A DNA stretch of 59,715 nt, counting the filler, from Sphacelaria rigidula (lineage: Eukaryota), in the NCBI GenBank assembly GCA_964200075.2. It is 9 parts of 9 records of this genome, joined end to end, with 100 filler letters (N's around TTAATTAATTAA, not from the genome) between each part and the next. Parts side by side here need not be neighbours in the genome. Positions count along the whole stretch, not along the records: positions 46,526 to 53,070 come from CAXNAA020019432.1; positions 53,171 to 59,715 come from CAXNAA020019433.1; 7 more parts are not named here. The stretch is one strand, 5' to 3'. A model generated the notes under the pieces. That model was given only the letters and a program-made list of their open reading frames with translations, was not told the DNA's origin and made no database searches. How positions within the stretch are numbered: the first letter of the stretch is position 1; each line of letters starts with the position of its first letter. The position numbers were made by a program, and so were the translations under genes. Shown here piece by piece: positions 47,739 through 59,715 of this stretch.

Positions 47739-50700
47739 GTGTGTGTTGTCATCCCATCTATATAGAGAGTGCGCTGACGAAATGCATGTGCTTTGTTTTG
47801 GCTCAAAGTCGCGCGCGTGCTCACGCTGGGCGAGTGGAGTGCCTGGGATCGTGAGCCCTGTGATGATCCGAATTGGCCTCGCTATCGCTGTGTCAACCAT
47901 CCATTATTATCGCCGAACCGGGGTAACCTTCATCGAAGGCCACTGTGCCTCTTCTTTTGAATCGACAACATTTTCACGTGAAGATGAGTGGAAGACCCTG
48001 ACCCACCCTGGTGGTGAGAGCACCGTCCCCGAAGCGTCCACCATTCGGGTCCATGTTTATTGACCCAACTTCGTGTGCCGACGACTTTCATGTTACTGCA
48101 GCTCCTACAGTAAAGATCACAAGCTCTTCGTGCTTGAATAGTTTTGGGTCATCTTACGGGGACCGAAATGTGAAACCACGAAAAAATGCGTCAAAAGCAG
48201 CATGCCGATTGGTCGCGACGCGATCACGCGTCGGGGTGACGTCGCGACGACCAATCGGCATGGTGCGTTTGAACCCTTGGTTTGCTCTTGGCTCTTTTTT
48301 TTGTAAGGTTTAGACTGGCCCTTGCAGTAACCCTTCCCGTCAAAGAAACGTAGACGTGGTGGTTCTGCAGAATCTCTGGTGGATAGGTGGGAACGGTACG
48401 AGTTGAGGCGAATGTGACGAAGATGATGGGGCACAGGATGGGGGTTTGAAGATAGATCCGGCACACGACGTTGTGTTTGTCTTCGACAAATGAGCAGGTA
48501 ATACTCGATTTTGCCAGTGCGCATGGTTGCAGTTTGGTGCTTGTACGTGACCGCTCGCTCGGGCCATCATCGGAAAGGTACGAGGGTAGTCAAGACACGG
48601 TACTACTAAATATATTCATTTCAGTGTACCGGGGTCTTTCTGGTGTATCTCCGGTACAGTGAGGGATGTGGGCCGACATCCCTCCTGGTTGGATGGTCGT
48701 GCGATGCTAGAACACCCGTTTTCCTTGTTGAGTTCTTGGATCCGGGTGCTTTAGATGATGACCCTAGAGAAATAGAACGGGGTTTGCAGGAAGTTTTTCC
48801 AACTTCGCATGATTGGAAAAATATGTACCAGTTTGGGACAAAAACACGAAGGTATACCTATTCTAGACTAACCCCTACAAAAACAAAATCATTGAAATGG
48901 GTGCAGTATTGCACCTTCGGTTCGAATGTTAGTCGGCGTTGTGCCCAAGGATTATGTGAGCCGTGAATACCTGCTTCCAAACGCGACCCTGCTTTTGTCA
49001 GCAACGAATCATATACAACAAAACTACTGTTTAGTCTTTTGCCTCCGCTGTAGGGTACCCCACTACTGTATGCACCCTCTTCCAGTTCCCCTTATGGATC
49101 CAAGGACGCGAAAAGGTACTCGGCATACACGTCATCAGGGTACAAGGTGGGGAAATCGTGGATCGTCTCCGGAGAAACAACTCGAAGCACGTGCTTCAAA
49201 GCCGATATTTGTTCCTGTTGATACTCTACCAGACCACGCCATGATGACCTAGATCTGGGAGAACGAATGGCGACGATTCGCGGGTCCTGCGTTGTGGGCA
49301 CAGGAAATAGTGGGTGGGCAACGGGGTCGGAGGAGAGGGTCAGCCAAGATCTGCGTCACTGCACATGTAAGCAACGCAACCTGCACTCATTATACGGAGA
49401 CCCGGACGATCTGACCAACCATAACCGTACCCACAACCTCAGTATAGTATCTTATCGAAAGAGTTGGGTTCCATGTCGACCATATGTCTCTGCACTGTGC
49501 TCAACGTGAAATCGATGTGTCACCTTCCTCCGTTCACTTACGATGAGCAAACGCATCGTACACATGAGCAATCGCAAACATCTGCGCAACGATTCAAAAC
49601 ACTGCCGCGTATCTTGAAGATTGCCAACGATCTGGCGAAATGGCCTTCATACACCCCGACGCGTTCTGGACATGTCTCGGCACCCTGAATAGTACTCTTC
49701 ACGCGCTTTGTGAGCTCGTGCATGCATCAAGGCCAGCGTGCCCGGCGGAAACAGAGCGCTTACTCAGGGTTACGACTGAATACTACACTACCATTAGGCG
49801 ACCTGACTGACAGCACGTCTTCCCACATCACCAAGACAAGCATCGAGTGCACTTCACTGTATCATCACCTGAATCCAATTTCCAAGACCGCTTCTATCTC
49901 GCCTCACATCACGATCGTCGTCCACGCAGTGTACAAGAACCCGTTGCCCACGACGCCAACTAGCCCACAATGACAAATTTGTGCGATCTCGCGTCGCAGA
50001 GGAACGAAACCATGTCTGTCCGATCTTGACGGGTTTGAAGAGGTACTTGACAGCCAAGGATGCTGCCACGGCTTCAGGTAGCGGGCCGGAGTGCAGCAGG
50101 CTGACGTTGAGTGAGAGTGGGCGATGCATTCGAGAAACAGTCGAACGTTTCGTGGTCAGTCAACGGCGCAACCGTGCACTTCAACATGATCCAGGGGCAA
50201 GAGTCGAGCCCATCGAGCCCACCTTAGCTCTCGACCATCGGCTGACGCAATAGCCGTCAACTTCGGGAATATACGGGGATAGGTGTTTGTCTCACCTTGT
50301 TCTCCCCCGCGAGTCTTGCACCCCGACGGCAAAAGGAACTGCCAATTCTTCAAACGTGGGTGGTAGATACTCGCGTAGTAGTTCCAATAGACCCGACAGG
50401 GAATACAGTCCGTTCCATAGCTGCCAGTGGCGCTTTTTCACCACGCCTAGCCAGCTGTCAGCGATTAACGCGCCGGCGCAGACTTTGGTAAGTGAACGCG
50501 CAAGGGCAAATCTGGGTCACTCGAGAAGCCCGAGTATGTATACACGGCAGTTGCGTGGAACAGCCTTGAGCGCGTAATGTACAAAAAGCACGACGCAAGC
50601 AGTCGAGGGAAGACGTTCAAGGTAGCACACTGGTGTCAACACACGGTTGTAAGTTAAAGCTCTGGCCAGAAAATATGCGGACGGGTATCGTCGAGGTTCT

Positions 50701-50800
50701 GCGGAGGTTCTCAGAGCATGAAATATCGTTGAGCACAACAATTGATAAGCTTCCACTCTTGAGGCTCGACGACCACGTTGGATTGGCGGAAGCGGGGTCA
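47739..50800 (-). mobile_element. Possible highly degenerate RLE-type (CRE-like) LINE
   Basis: Ends in the SINE-like tail atagatgggatgacaacacac; weak motif echoes RSLTKVCAGAL, FAVGV, CFSNA, RRHPD, GAAV..K, GGRFGDGA in the expected order; many stops. Confidence 0.35.
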
Positions 50801-51498
50801 ACGCGGGAGCTGGTGTACTCCTGCCTTCTCTTATCGTTTGTTGATTTCCTCCCTGAGCGTATTGCCTTGTAGGTTCCTGGATGTGCTCCTGTAGGTTCTC
50901 GGGTTTTATCGCTTCCGTATTTTCCTTCTCTTATGTTCTCTCTTTCTCCATCCCTCGGGTTTTCTCTCTCCCTTCTTCCCAAGTTCCAAAGTTTTACTGC
51001 AGCAATGTTTGTACCTTGCATCCTTAGGGCTCGTGGGTAAGAGGTCATGCTCAACTAGTGTGGTTCCGAAATACCTGAGCCACAATCGGCTTCGACCGGC
51101 TTTTGTTTTGTTTTGTGTAAGGGTGGTCGTTTTTCGTGCACAGTCTTCTTCACCTGAAGTCATGCTGCAGGGGGCAATTATCGTTTTTCTCTTCTTGTTC
51201 CCCTTCCGTTTCTATTCGTTTTTTTGCTTTGTTCTGTTCTGCCTCTTTCTTTTTTTTCGTCCTCCCCCCCCCATTTTTTTTCAGTTCACTCAGTTCGTAC
51301 TATCCATTTGTTTTCTTCCCGTGTTTTTTTCGAGTGCTCCCGTCTTGTGACCACGACTAGATCCCTCGACATATGGGGACCAGCTAACCTTCGACAACAT
51401 ATCGATCAAGTCACATTATTGTGTTATCTCTGATTCTAGCTGCCCGGAAGGACACCTCGTGATGGATTACGGCATACATTCTGTGCCACGAAATATTC

Positions 51499-51533
51499 GG
51501 TTAGGGTTAGGGTTAGGATTAGGGTTAGGGTTG
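51499..51533. repeat. Interstitial (TTAGGG)n array, ~5.5 units
   Basis: ggttagggttagggttaggattagggttagggttg. Confidence 0.9.
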
Positions 51534-51653
51534 GGCCATACATTCTATCAGCGGTCTTCCTTGTGCTTGTGGAGCATACTTACAGTCTGCATGCCAGTCA
51601 TATTGGAAGGTATTGATGGTCTCTGTGCGAGCGAATATGCTAGCCACCGTTGA

Positions 51654-52287
51654 CTCTTTAAACGCCACCCCGCTCAGCTCACCTAATATTTCCTAGGCAG
51701 GCAATGGGATTCGGAATCATTTCTTTTTCAAAAGACAAGACGCCTGTTCATCTGCTCGAGAGACAGGGTTAAGAAACACGTCCAGGATTGGTCGGCAACG
51801 GTATTAGGCTGAATGAACCCTGCAGTACTACTCCTCGACCGCGATTGTCGCAGGGTATTGAACGGTTGCATTCATTGTCATGGTGTCTTCGTTGCAGCCA
51901 TCTCGGTAACACTAGCGGAGGTACGTGTACCAAGATTTCTCCAAGAGGTAAATCAAGCATTTTTGCCGTTGTTTCTCGAAAATGATATCTGCCTTGCAGT
52001 CAGTAGGCAATGTTAGGCAATTTGCTGCAGAAGCATAGCTCTTCATTTCTCTACTTTTAAATAGTAAGGTTACTCCAATTTCTTGACTTCGAGCGAAATT
52101 TGACGTTTTCCGCCGTGCTAGAAAATTCCTGGAAACACGCATTGTTGACATCTCCGTTGATCTGAGAACCGCCCCCTCCTCCCACCCAACCTCAAAAGCC
52201 GCCCGTACCACCCGCCGAAAACCCCCTGGATACCCAGGAACTGTCAACCGGCGAAGCTATTCCGAGGCGAGGCTGGCGGTCAAAGAG
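51654..52287. mobile_element. piggyBac-type non-autonomous element
   Basis: TTGA|ctctttaaacgccaccc ... ggctggcggtcaaagag|TTAA. Confidence 0.5.
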
Positions 52288-52998
52288 TTAACGAATTTGC
52301 TCTGGACCCGCAAAGCCCCCATCCCTCGACGCCCTCAACACGCCACAGAAAGGAGGAGGTGTGATTGACGCAAAATCATCACGCCATTCCACATTCCTTC
52401 GCTGATGCTTGTCGAGGCACCATCTTTATGCAGGAGAGCTATATTTCCCCCATACACGAATTCACCAAGCATTAAACGGACGGATAAGCGGATGATGTGT
52501 ATGTACTCGTATGTACCATAGCGCAGTAGTAACGGGTGCGCTCGAAATGTTTATTCTTCCCACCTGCCGTTTGCTGTCTTGCCATCTTCCCTGCCGTCTT
52601 CTTGCACTACTCGACCTATCTCATGCGGAGAGTAACCCGCTGCCCACAAGGCACCTGAGCGTAGGCAGCAACAGGGGCAGGAACGAGACCATATGTTGCA
52701 AAAAACACATGGGGAGCTTCTACTTTTTGACAGATAAAAAACACCCATGAATTTCCACGTAGCGAACGTGGCAATTGTCTCACAATTCCAACTGCACATC
52801 AATGTACTCTATTGTCCTACTGTACCAAGTTACTGTACAAAACTGTGTTACTATACTGTACTGCGTCGTCCTTACTGTGGCCGTGGAGGTTATAAATCTT
52901 GCGGGAGTGGAAAAGATGGGTTACCCTAGGGAGTTCCGTAGACCAGACCTTTGGATGTCAGCCCCCCCTCCCCCCCACACCTCCGCCCCTCCCCCCTT

Positions 52999-53070
52999 GG
53001 GGCGTACTCATTTGTTGCTTGCCTTAGTCATTTGACCATTGACCACGCATCCCTTCCGAGACGGAGCACC
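52999..53070 (-). mobile_element. LINE 3' end, cut by contig end
   Basis: Reverse complement ggtgctccgtctcggaagggatgcgtggtcaatggtcaaatgactaaggcaagcaacaaatgagtacgcccc. Confidence 0.8.
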
Positions 53071-53170
53071 NNNNNNNNNNNNNNNNNNNNNNNNNNNNNN
53101 NNNNNNNNNNNNNNTTAATTAATTAANNNNNNNNNNNNNNNNNNNNNNNNNNNNNNNNNNNNNNNNNNNN
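53071..53170. other. Artificial contig-joining linker
   Basis: N44-TTAATTAATTAA-N44. Confidence 0.98.
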
Positions 53171-53226
53171 TTTTTTTCCCCCCAAAAGGAGGGGGGGGTG
53201 GGAGAGCAGGCCAAGGCAACAAAACA

Positions 53227-53265
<39 letters not shown>

Positions 53266-53292
53266 CCCTCCCCCTCCCCCTCCTCCTCTCAC

Positions 53293-53805
53293 CGTAAAAA
53301 TTTCGGTCGGGGTATCCCCAGAGTTTCGCTGATCCCAGGCAGATGCAGTGGAAGAACGCATAAAAAGGCAGGGCGTGGTTGAGAGGGCTAATTACGCATG
53401 CGAAGCACGTCGCGAGGGCAACAATACCCACCCACGCCCATTCCGACAACGGCCGCAGAATCTCCGGTAGCGCCGCAGCAGGATCTCCGACCATTTCCCC
53501 TGAGGCCGGCTCCGCTCCTTCAGCCATCATCATCATCATCATCTGGGCTGCATTACTACTATCACCATTACCACTGCCACAACCGTACGCCTCGGCGGGT
53601 ATCAACGCCGTCACGAACCTCCCCCAACTTGCCGCATCACCGACGCGATCACCGGCGCCGCAACCGCTTGCTGCGACTGTAGAAATCATGAGGTCCACGA
53701 AAGATATCACCCACCCGCCCCCACCGTTCGCCCTCAGCTCTTCCAAACTCTCCACGTTTAGGGTCATCATGCCGCTGCCTACCGGTAACCCCCCAAGACT
53801 AGAGG

Positions 53806-53848
<43 letters not shown>

Positions 53849-54815
53849 AGCGGCTGCGAGAATACGGAATATCGGTGCCACTAAGTTCACGCAGTAGACG
53901 TGGAGCGCCACATACGTCAGCGCAGCGTGCAAGAACTCGACGAGCGCCCCCCGTATCCTCGGGCGGAGGCGAAAGGATTGCCTGAGCCAGCTCGGCTCGC
54001 ACACTAGGGACGGCGCGAGCAGCAGGAAAAACGCGAATTCCCGGAAGGTAAGGTTTGTTGTTGCTATTGGAGTCGGAGCGGGATTAGGTGATGGAATCGC
54101 GCAGATGTTGTCAGCGATGCTGATATCGCTTATGACGAGTGACGTAGCTTCGGTGCTATCGGCCGCCGAATTTTCGTCGTGCTCACTGACAATACTACCC
54201 CGGCTGTCATTGACGACGTCTGCGCTCCCGTCGGCCCTCGCTGTACCTCCGTCACCATCGACCGTGGACCCGTTCCCGTCGATCCCATCATCTTCTCGAT
54301 CGTCGGCTCCCTCCTGTTGTCGCTCGGACGCCCAAGATTTACCCTCTCCCTCACCGTCACCATTGCGCACCGCCTTCATCACAACATCCCCCCCATCAGC
54401 ATCATCACCATCAACATCGCCATTCACATCATCGCCATTAACACCCCCATCAACATCCTCACAACCACTACAACAACCACCAAGAGTGACTTCGCCCACA
54501 ACATCAAACCCAATCTTATGAGCGAAAGACCACGACTTCAGAGATAGGGCGCAGCAGTGCAGCCCGACGCAGAACCCCGACGCCACTCCCCACCGGAACA
54601 CGCCCGCGGCCCAAACGGAGATGGCCCATCCGATGGCGGACGGTACTCCCACCACCACGGATCCACTGACGACGGTACGGAGAAGGGTAGGAAGAGCTTT
54701 GTTCTGATGGGGGTGGTGTTGTCGGTGTCGGTGTCGTTGCTGACGGTTGCGGTGGAGGGATGCCATGATGCCATGAAGTGGATACACCAGGAGGAACACC
54801 GCTGCGACCACCAAC
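53293..54815 (-). CDS. MBOAT family O-acyltransferase, DGAT1/SOAT(ACAT)-like; one 1523-bp internal exon
   Basis: accag|...LSLKSWSF...NLTFREFAFFLLLAPSLVCE...FYAFFHCICLGSAKLWGYPDRNFY|gtgaga; matches the K.xSY, NLT..F.YF..APTL and FY..FH...AE...F.DR.FY motifs. Confidence 0.82.
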
Positions 54816-55557
54816 CTGGTTTGGTGTCGGGATGTCGCGGTAATATAAAAAGCATGACGTGAAAATAATGATACGCGTTTTTTTTCACGTACACTTCAGT
54901 GCATGGCAGTAAAATATATTATAATTTTAATTTATTACTGTTGTTGCTGTTATTGTTGTTGTTGTTGTTGTCGTTCATGTTGCTGTTCTTGCTGTTCTTG
55001 TTGCCAGTAATAAGAGGAGTAGTGTGTGTGTGTGAATGATCGGTTATTTTTATTTCATTTACATTACTATTGCTTCCTGTCAATATCATTTCTCAGCGTT
55101 GACTTTTGGGAGTGGCATGAAGTTATCTGAATGATTACGTCGAACGAAAGTGTAGGACTTGTACAGCTCAAGCAAATACTCGACCGGTTTGGGGGGGGGG
55201 GGAATGCGAAAACAAATTGTCCCCAATTTGCGATAGATCACCATCTGAAAAAAAATGAATACACACCCATTTTTGGAGTACGCGCAGAATGTTTGAGCTC
55301 TGCCCCCCCAGTGCACACACTTGTCTCAGGAGCGATCGAACAGAGCGGATTTATTGTAGTTGGCGTTTCTTTTCCATTGACGTTGGTTAACGTTTATCGT
55401 CCGAGATCACCGCTCGATTCGCACCAACAAGACCAGTCAATGGGGACAGTCAATCCACACGTGAGACAGCTCATGAGTTACCTCAATCTTGCTTCTTGCC
55501 AAGTGTTTTGATCTGGACCATGAACTAGCCTTATTTGACCCCTTCTTCACATGCATT

Positions 55558-55815
55558 TGATGCCACGGTAGGGGTGCACAAATATTTTCTGAGGTTAGAA
55601 TTGCTAGAAGGCATTTATCTAATCCAAAACACGACTCATGAAATATGTGAGAGTACGCTAGGATTACTCTTCCAATGTGCTATAATAGGAATATCCCGAA
55701 TGAAGTTGCAAAAGGGGGTGCCCTGACCCATATTCTTGTGCACCTACAATCTTTGGGAACACCTGAACCACACAAGATTTCGCTCAAAAAGTGCAACCCT
55801 ACCGTAGCATTGCTC
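55558..55815. mobile_element. Sola-like MITE, uninterrupted copy
   Basis: atgccacggtaggggtgcac ... gtgcaaccctaccgtagcattgctc; colinear with 38113-38357 and 56515-56711. Confidence 0.7.
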
Positions 55816-56514
55816 ATACGCTGGGGAGAGATGAGTTGATCCCTTGAGACCACGGACTGGTTCCGAGGAAGGGAACGTGTTAAAAGTGGGACAAAAACAA
55901 ATAAATAAATAAATGCTCCCTACAGTACAGCGCTGGACGTCGAGCTCGCGGAGTAGCGCAAAGGTAAAGCGCTTCGGTTTCTCAGACCCTCCTCTCACAT
56001 ATTTTTGGGTGTTTCGGACAAGGAATCTGAGACTCCTTTTCGATTGGTTATTTTAGTCAGCCCATGAGCTGTAAGACGTCTGAATCAATCAATAAAACAA
56101 AGAAACAAACTTAGCGATATTCTGGCAGTAGAAGCATGAGAAAAATAACAGGTATCAAGAGTGGCGTTACGCTACGACAACTTAAATCTAAGCCTTCGAA
56201 ACACCAGGCCTCGTTTCGGTACAATATCCCGGCTGACCGTCACGCGGGATATGTGCAAGCAACCCTATACTGGACCAGAGGAAAAGTTGAACAACGTGAA
56301 GGACGGACAGTGCAATAACTGTCTGTACCGTCGGCATGCAAAAGCATGTATATGACGGTCGGCATACAATAGTACACGGTCTGCGAACAGTAGATACTGG
56401 CACCGCGATGGATGCGGCGGTACAAGCAAGAAGATGAGTGATGGTTGCTCCACATCCTCTGGCCAGAGGCCATTGCTTGCTTGTGTTCTAATACAGTAAG
56501 GCTCTATGTGTCGT

Positions 56515-56711
56515 TTATTTCATCCAAAACACGACTTACGGAATACGTGAGAGTACGCCAGGATTACCATGCCAATGTGCTGGGGATATCCCGAATGAAT
56601 TTGCAAACGAGGATGCCCTGACCCATATTCTTGTGCACCTAGAATCGTTAGAAGCCCCTGAACCAAATAAAATTTTGCGCAAAAAAGTGCACCCCTACCG
56701 TAGCATTGCTC
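56515..56711. mobile_element. Partial copy of the same MITE
   Basis: gtgagagtacgccaggatt...gtgcacccctaccgtagcattgctc. Confidence 0.7.
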
Positions 56712-56754
56712 GTGAGCTATGAATAGGGACTGTCCAATCAACTGATTCGTCTAC

Positions 56755-56852
56755 AAGGTGGGGGTCACTACCGCTGAGGACGTGGGCAAATGGCACCTGG
56801 GGGTCGGAAGGGAGCGGAGGATTTCGAGAAGGCGTGGAGACGCGAAGACCTA
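56755..56852 (+). mobile_element. Possible RTE-type LINE C-terminal relic
   Basis: VTTAEDVGKWHLGV..GAEDFEKAWRRED resembles the W..AA.D...W...V..GAE.F...W end of RTE ORFs. Confidence 0.4.
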
Positions 56853-57169
56853 CCCCAATTGAAGCTACACGACAAGCAAGAGAGTTATTTTACGGTAGGG
56901 GTTGCATAATTGGGTTCAGATCGTCTTCCTTCAGGGGCCCCTGATGTTAGGAGATAGCTACACAACAACATGGGCCGGGACATTCCCGTTTTCAAGTCCA
57001 CACGAGGTATCCCTAGCCCATTGGAGTGCTAATCGTTGCGTGCTCTCAAATAATTCATGAGTCGGTTCTGTGGGTGAGACAGAGGGCTTCTAACACTCCG
57101 AGCCTCAGAAACAACTGTGCATCCCTTCCGCAGCACCACTCTAGGGATGAGAGGAGAAGGGGGGTAAAA

Positions 57170-57332
57170 TGGCCCTAATCGTTACACGTCACAAAATTCG
57201 TCACACGCCAGAAGTTGAGCGTGAGGCCAGGCTAGTACTACGGTGGGAGACCACGTGGTTCCCTACCGTAGTACTAGCGTGAGTCAACTTTCGACGTGTA
57301 AAGAATATTGTGACGTGTAACAATAAGTGCCC
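57170..57332. mobile_element. Hairpin MITE with Harbinger/Tourist-like GG(G)C ends
   Basis: gttacacgtcacaa / ttgtgacgtgtaac arms and gctagtactacggt / accgtagtactagc inner stem. Confidence 0.65.
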
Positions 57333-58083
57333 TGGTGAAAAGGTACCGGAATATAACCCCGTCCTATTTTATCGGCTATTGACAGATTTCCTTCGCTTGC
57401 AACCTTAGCCATGCTCCAAGCTGTGTTCGTTCACATGTTCTGCCTGATCTCGACGTTGCATTTTTTTTTTGCAGTGTAGTGGTGCTCGTTTTTTCCCTCG
57501 CAGAATTTATGGGCGACGGTTCACGCCGAGATAGTGTGGTTCCCGAATAGCTTCCGCGCCATTTTATTTCGCACGGTTTTTGTACCTCAAGTCGTTTTCC
57601 AGGGGCTAACCATTTCTTGTATATTGTCTACTCTTTCTTCTCTCTCTCTTTCCCTTTCTCTGTCGCTCTTCATTTCTTTCTTTCCTTGTCTCCTTCTTTT
57701 CCAAGTTATTATTTTTGCTTTTTTATTCATTTGGGATCGGCTATTCGTGTCCTCATTCTGCTTCCCGTCCCCTTCTCCTTCCTCCTCTTTCTTCTTCATC
57801 TCTCCTTCTCTTGCCTCTCCTAATTGTTTAGTTGAATTCGTTCCACTCTTTTGTTCTTCGCGTCCAGAGGCCACTTGGCATACTGTCCTTTTTGGAACCG
57901 TTGATGGAAAAGTGACGATTTACAACTAACGTTTTCTTCGGCAAGATATGGTTGTTCTCCTGCAACTTTTGATGCAGCCCACCAAAACGGTTCACTTCTC
58001 TCAGATCAAGTACACTAATTTGACAGATTCGTGCACCGAACTCGAAGTGACGTTTTCCCGGTGACGAAAGCTCACATTGGTTT

Positions 58084-58550
58084 TTGAAGAGGTTCGTAAA
58101 TCGTCACTTCCCCATCAACGGTTCCAAAAGGGTTGAGCCAACGTACAAAAAAAAATCGACAAAAGTATTGGTGGTCGTCAATACGCCGCAGTATATTGGA
58201 TTGGTGCCGTACATGTTAAGGATCCCAACGCCGAAGAACGGCCCACAACCGCCCGAAATTACCGGAGGGTCACGTTCCAATAGAACGGCCGTACGAAATA
58301 GTTTCGGTAGATCTGGTTGAGTACAAAATATCTTCGATGTCGAACGTTGGAGCACTATGTAAATATGTACTGTCCGTAATGAACCACCTCACTAGGTATG
58401 CTCTGCTTTTTCCGGTGCCGAATCAGGAGGCAACCACAACAGTCAAAACCCTCACTGTAAAAACATTTTTACCAAATTTGGTATTCCGGAAAAGCTGCAC
58501 TCCGACCAAGGCGCCGAATTTTAAAACAGCTTTCGGGCAACGTACAGACA
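58084..58550 (+). pseudogene. Ty3/Gypsy integrase remnant (zinc-binding region and rve core)
   Basis: KYWWSSIRRSILDWCRTC...PIERPYEIVSVDLVEYK...KYVLSVMNHLTRYALLFPVPN...[frameshift]FGIPEKLHSDQGAEF*. Confidence 0.85.
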
Positions 58551-59483
58551 GTAGTCGGCCGTAGGTCAAGCCCGGATGATCACTGAAATTTCTTTGCCGC
58601 GCGTACTCACCACCTGTAGCGATTCGATTGTATGAGCTTCGTAAGGGAGAACAGTAACTATATTATAATCTTAATCCGTTAAATCAAACCGGCTCTCGCA
58701 AGCTGGGGAAAAGTGCAAGATCTGGGATCTGCCAGACGTTCGAGGATATTGTCGAATGGTTTCACTAAACGCTTCTGCAATTGGCAAGAGCGATTAGTAT
58801 AGAACCGGACTGAAGTGGACCTCTTCATGTTCGAAATTGACTTTTTTCCTGCCAAAATGCTTCACGAGTTCAAAGAGGGTTAATTTCATTCGGACAAAAC
58901 TCTCAGGGCCCGGCGATGTTTTCAAGAGTTTTTTTTTATGCCTGGGGAGGGGGGGGGGGGGTGCGCATCCTGGCAGGTTGCGAGAGCCGGTTTGGTTTCA
59001 CGGTTTTCAAGATTCTAATATGATTACACTTCTCCCTTACGAGGCTTGAACAATCGAATTGCTATAGGCAGTCAGTACATAACTGATTGATTGAGTGTCG
59101 CACTTTAACGACAACAGTGGGCATCGTGATCTTGTTTCCGGGGCTGTGCTACAATAACCCGCCCCCCGACACATGGCGACTTGGGCATGTGAAAGTAACA
59201 TGATGTCAACCTCTCGAGCGATCAGGAATCGCCGAACGAGGGCACACAAAGGACATCGGCGAGGAGCTTCCTGTCCGCCGTTGCTCCTCTCTGGTGATAT
59301 CGCCATCGACACGCGCGTCCACTGCATTCGTTCGGTGCACCCAGCCACACCTGCTCAATAGTTGCTACGTAATTTTTCGAGGGGGGAAGGTGCTTTCCCT
59401 TGGTGTAAGTGTTTCGCACCATTCCTGAAAATTAGTTACGCCATTTGAACCTCATTTTAGTGTTCGACCCCATTTTTGAGAAT

Positions 59484-59715
59484 GTGTGTGTGTGTGTTGT
59501 GTGTGGGTTGTCATCCCATCTATTCTGGACGTCGGTCTACACCTTTCCGTATATGTGGGGGCACCAGCCGGGGTCACACAGGAGAAAAGGGCAACACAAT
59601 TATTATTTTTTTCTTTAATTCTCCATCTTCCCTCTGCGGTGCTTGCCTTTATTTTTTGTCGCGAGAGGGATTCAGCAGTCCCTTTCCCTCGTCGACCGTT
59701 GAGTCGAATTTTGTT
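59484..59715 (-). mobile_element. tRNA-derived SINE, 3' part (head off contig)
   Basis: (GT)n then tcatcccatctattctggacg...gtcacacaggag...gtcgaattttg; colinear with 7044-7290. Confidence 0.8.

Noticed and set aside
51499..51533. True chromosome end
   Set aside because: Only ~5 units, internal to the contig
6548..53170. Regularly spaced TTAATTAATTAA as a biological repeat or recombination site
   Set aside because: Always centred in N runs at fixed geometry; it is an assembly linker
53123..53292. Poly-Gly C-terminus of the 563-aa ORF
   Set aside because: Intronic poly-G after the gtgaga donor; the ORF stops only in the linker
2279..54815. Mitochondria/lipid gene cluster (CX9C, Miro, MBOAT)
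   Set aside because: The genes lie on different, artificially joined contigs
57534..57929. TM-like and charged ORFs
   Set aside because: Polypyrimidine low-complexity tract

Overview
This is eukaryotic, repeat-rich, intron-rich DNA, most likely from a brown alga (Phaeophyceae). That assignment is inferred from the LINE and Gypsy C-termini, TTAGGG repeats, and short GT-AG exons in kb-long introns. The window is not a contiguous locus: it is nine ~6.5-kb contigs (6547, 6547, 6547, 6546, 6546, 6546, 6546, 6545, 6545 bp, sorted by length) joined by 100-bp N44-TTAATTAATTAA-N44 linkers, so no synteny across linkers can be inferred. Host gene fragments: the last exon of a CX9C/CHCH-like protein (contig 1); 5 phase-compatible exons of a beta-propeller membrane protein (contig 2); 4 exons of a coiled-coil protein (contig 3); 4 exons of the mitochondrial Rho GTPase Miro (contig 7); and one 1.5-kb exon of a DGAT1/SOAT-type MBOAT (contig 9). 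Most of the rest is transposable elements: a tRNA-derived SINE, a LINE with a C-rich tail, Tc1/mariner (TA), hAT (8-bp TSD), piggyBac (TTAA), Sola-like and CACTA-like MITEs, Ty3/Gypsy pieces, and possible Penelope and CRE/RLE relics. The most notable observations are an unclassified AAC...GTT element group with 4-bp TSDs, a multi-level nested insertion with empty sites inside the window, a Gypsy integrase ending in a Tudor-like domain followed by a 2.5-kb 3' spacer, and a candidate SINE/LINE partner pair. No CRISPR array, rRNA, intact tRNA or prokaryote-type system was seen. All family assignments come from reading the sequence by eye and from recalled motifs; no searches were run.
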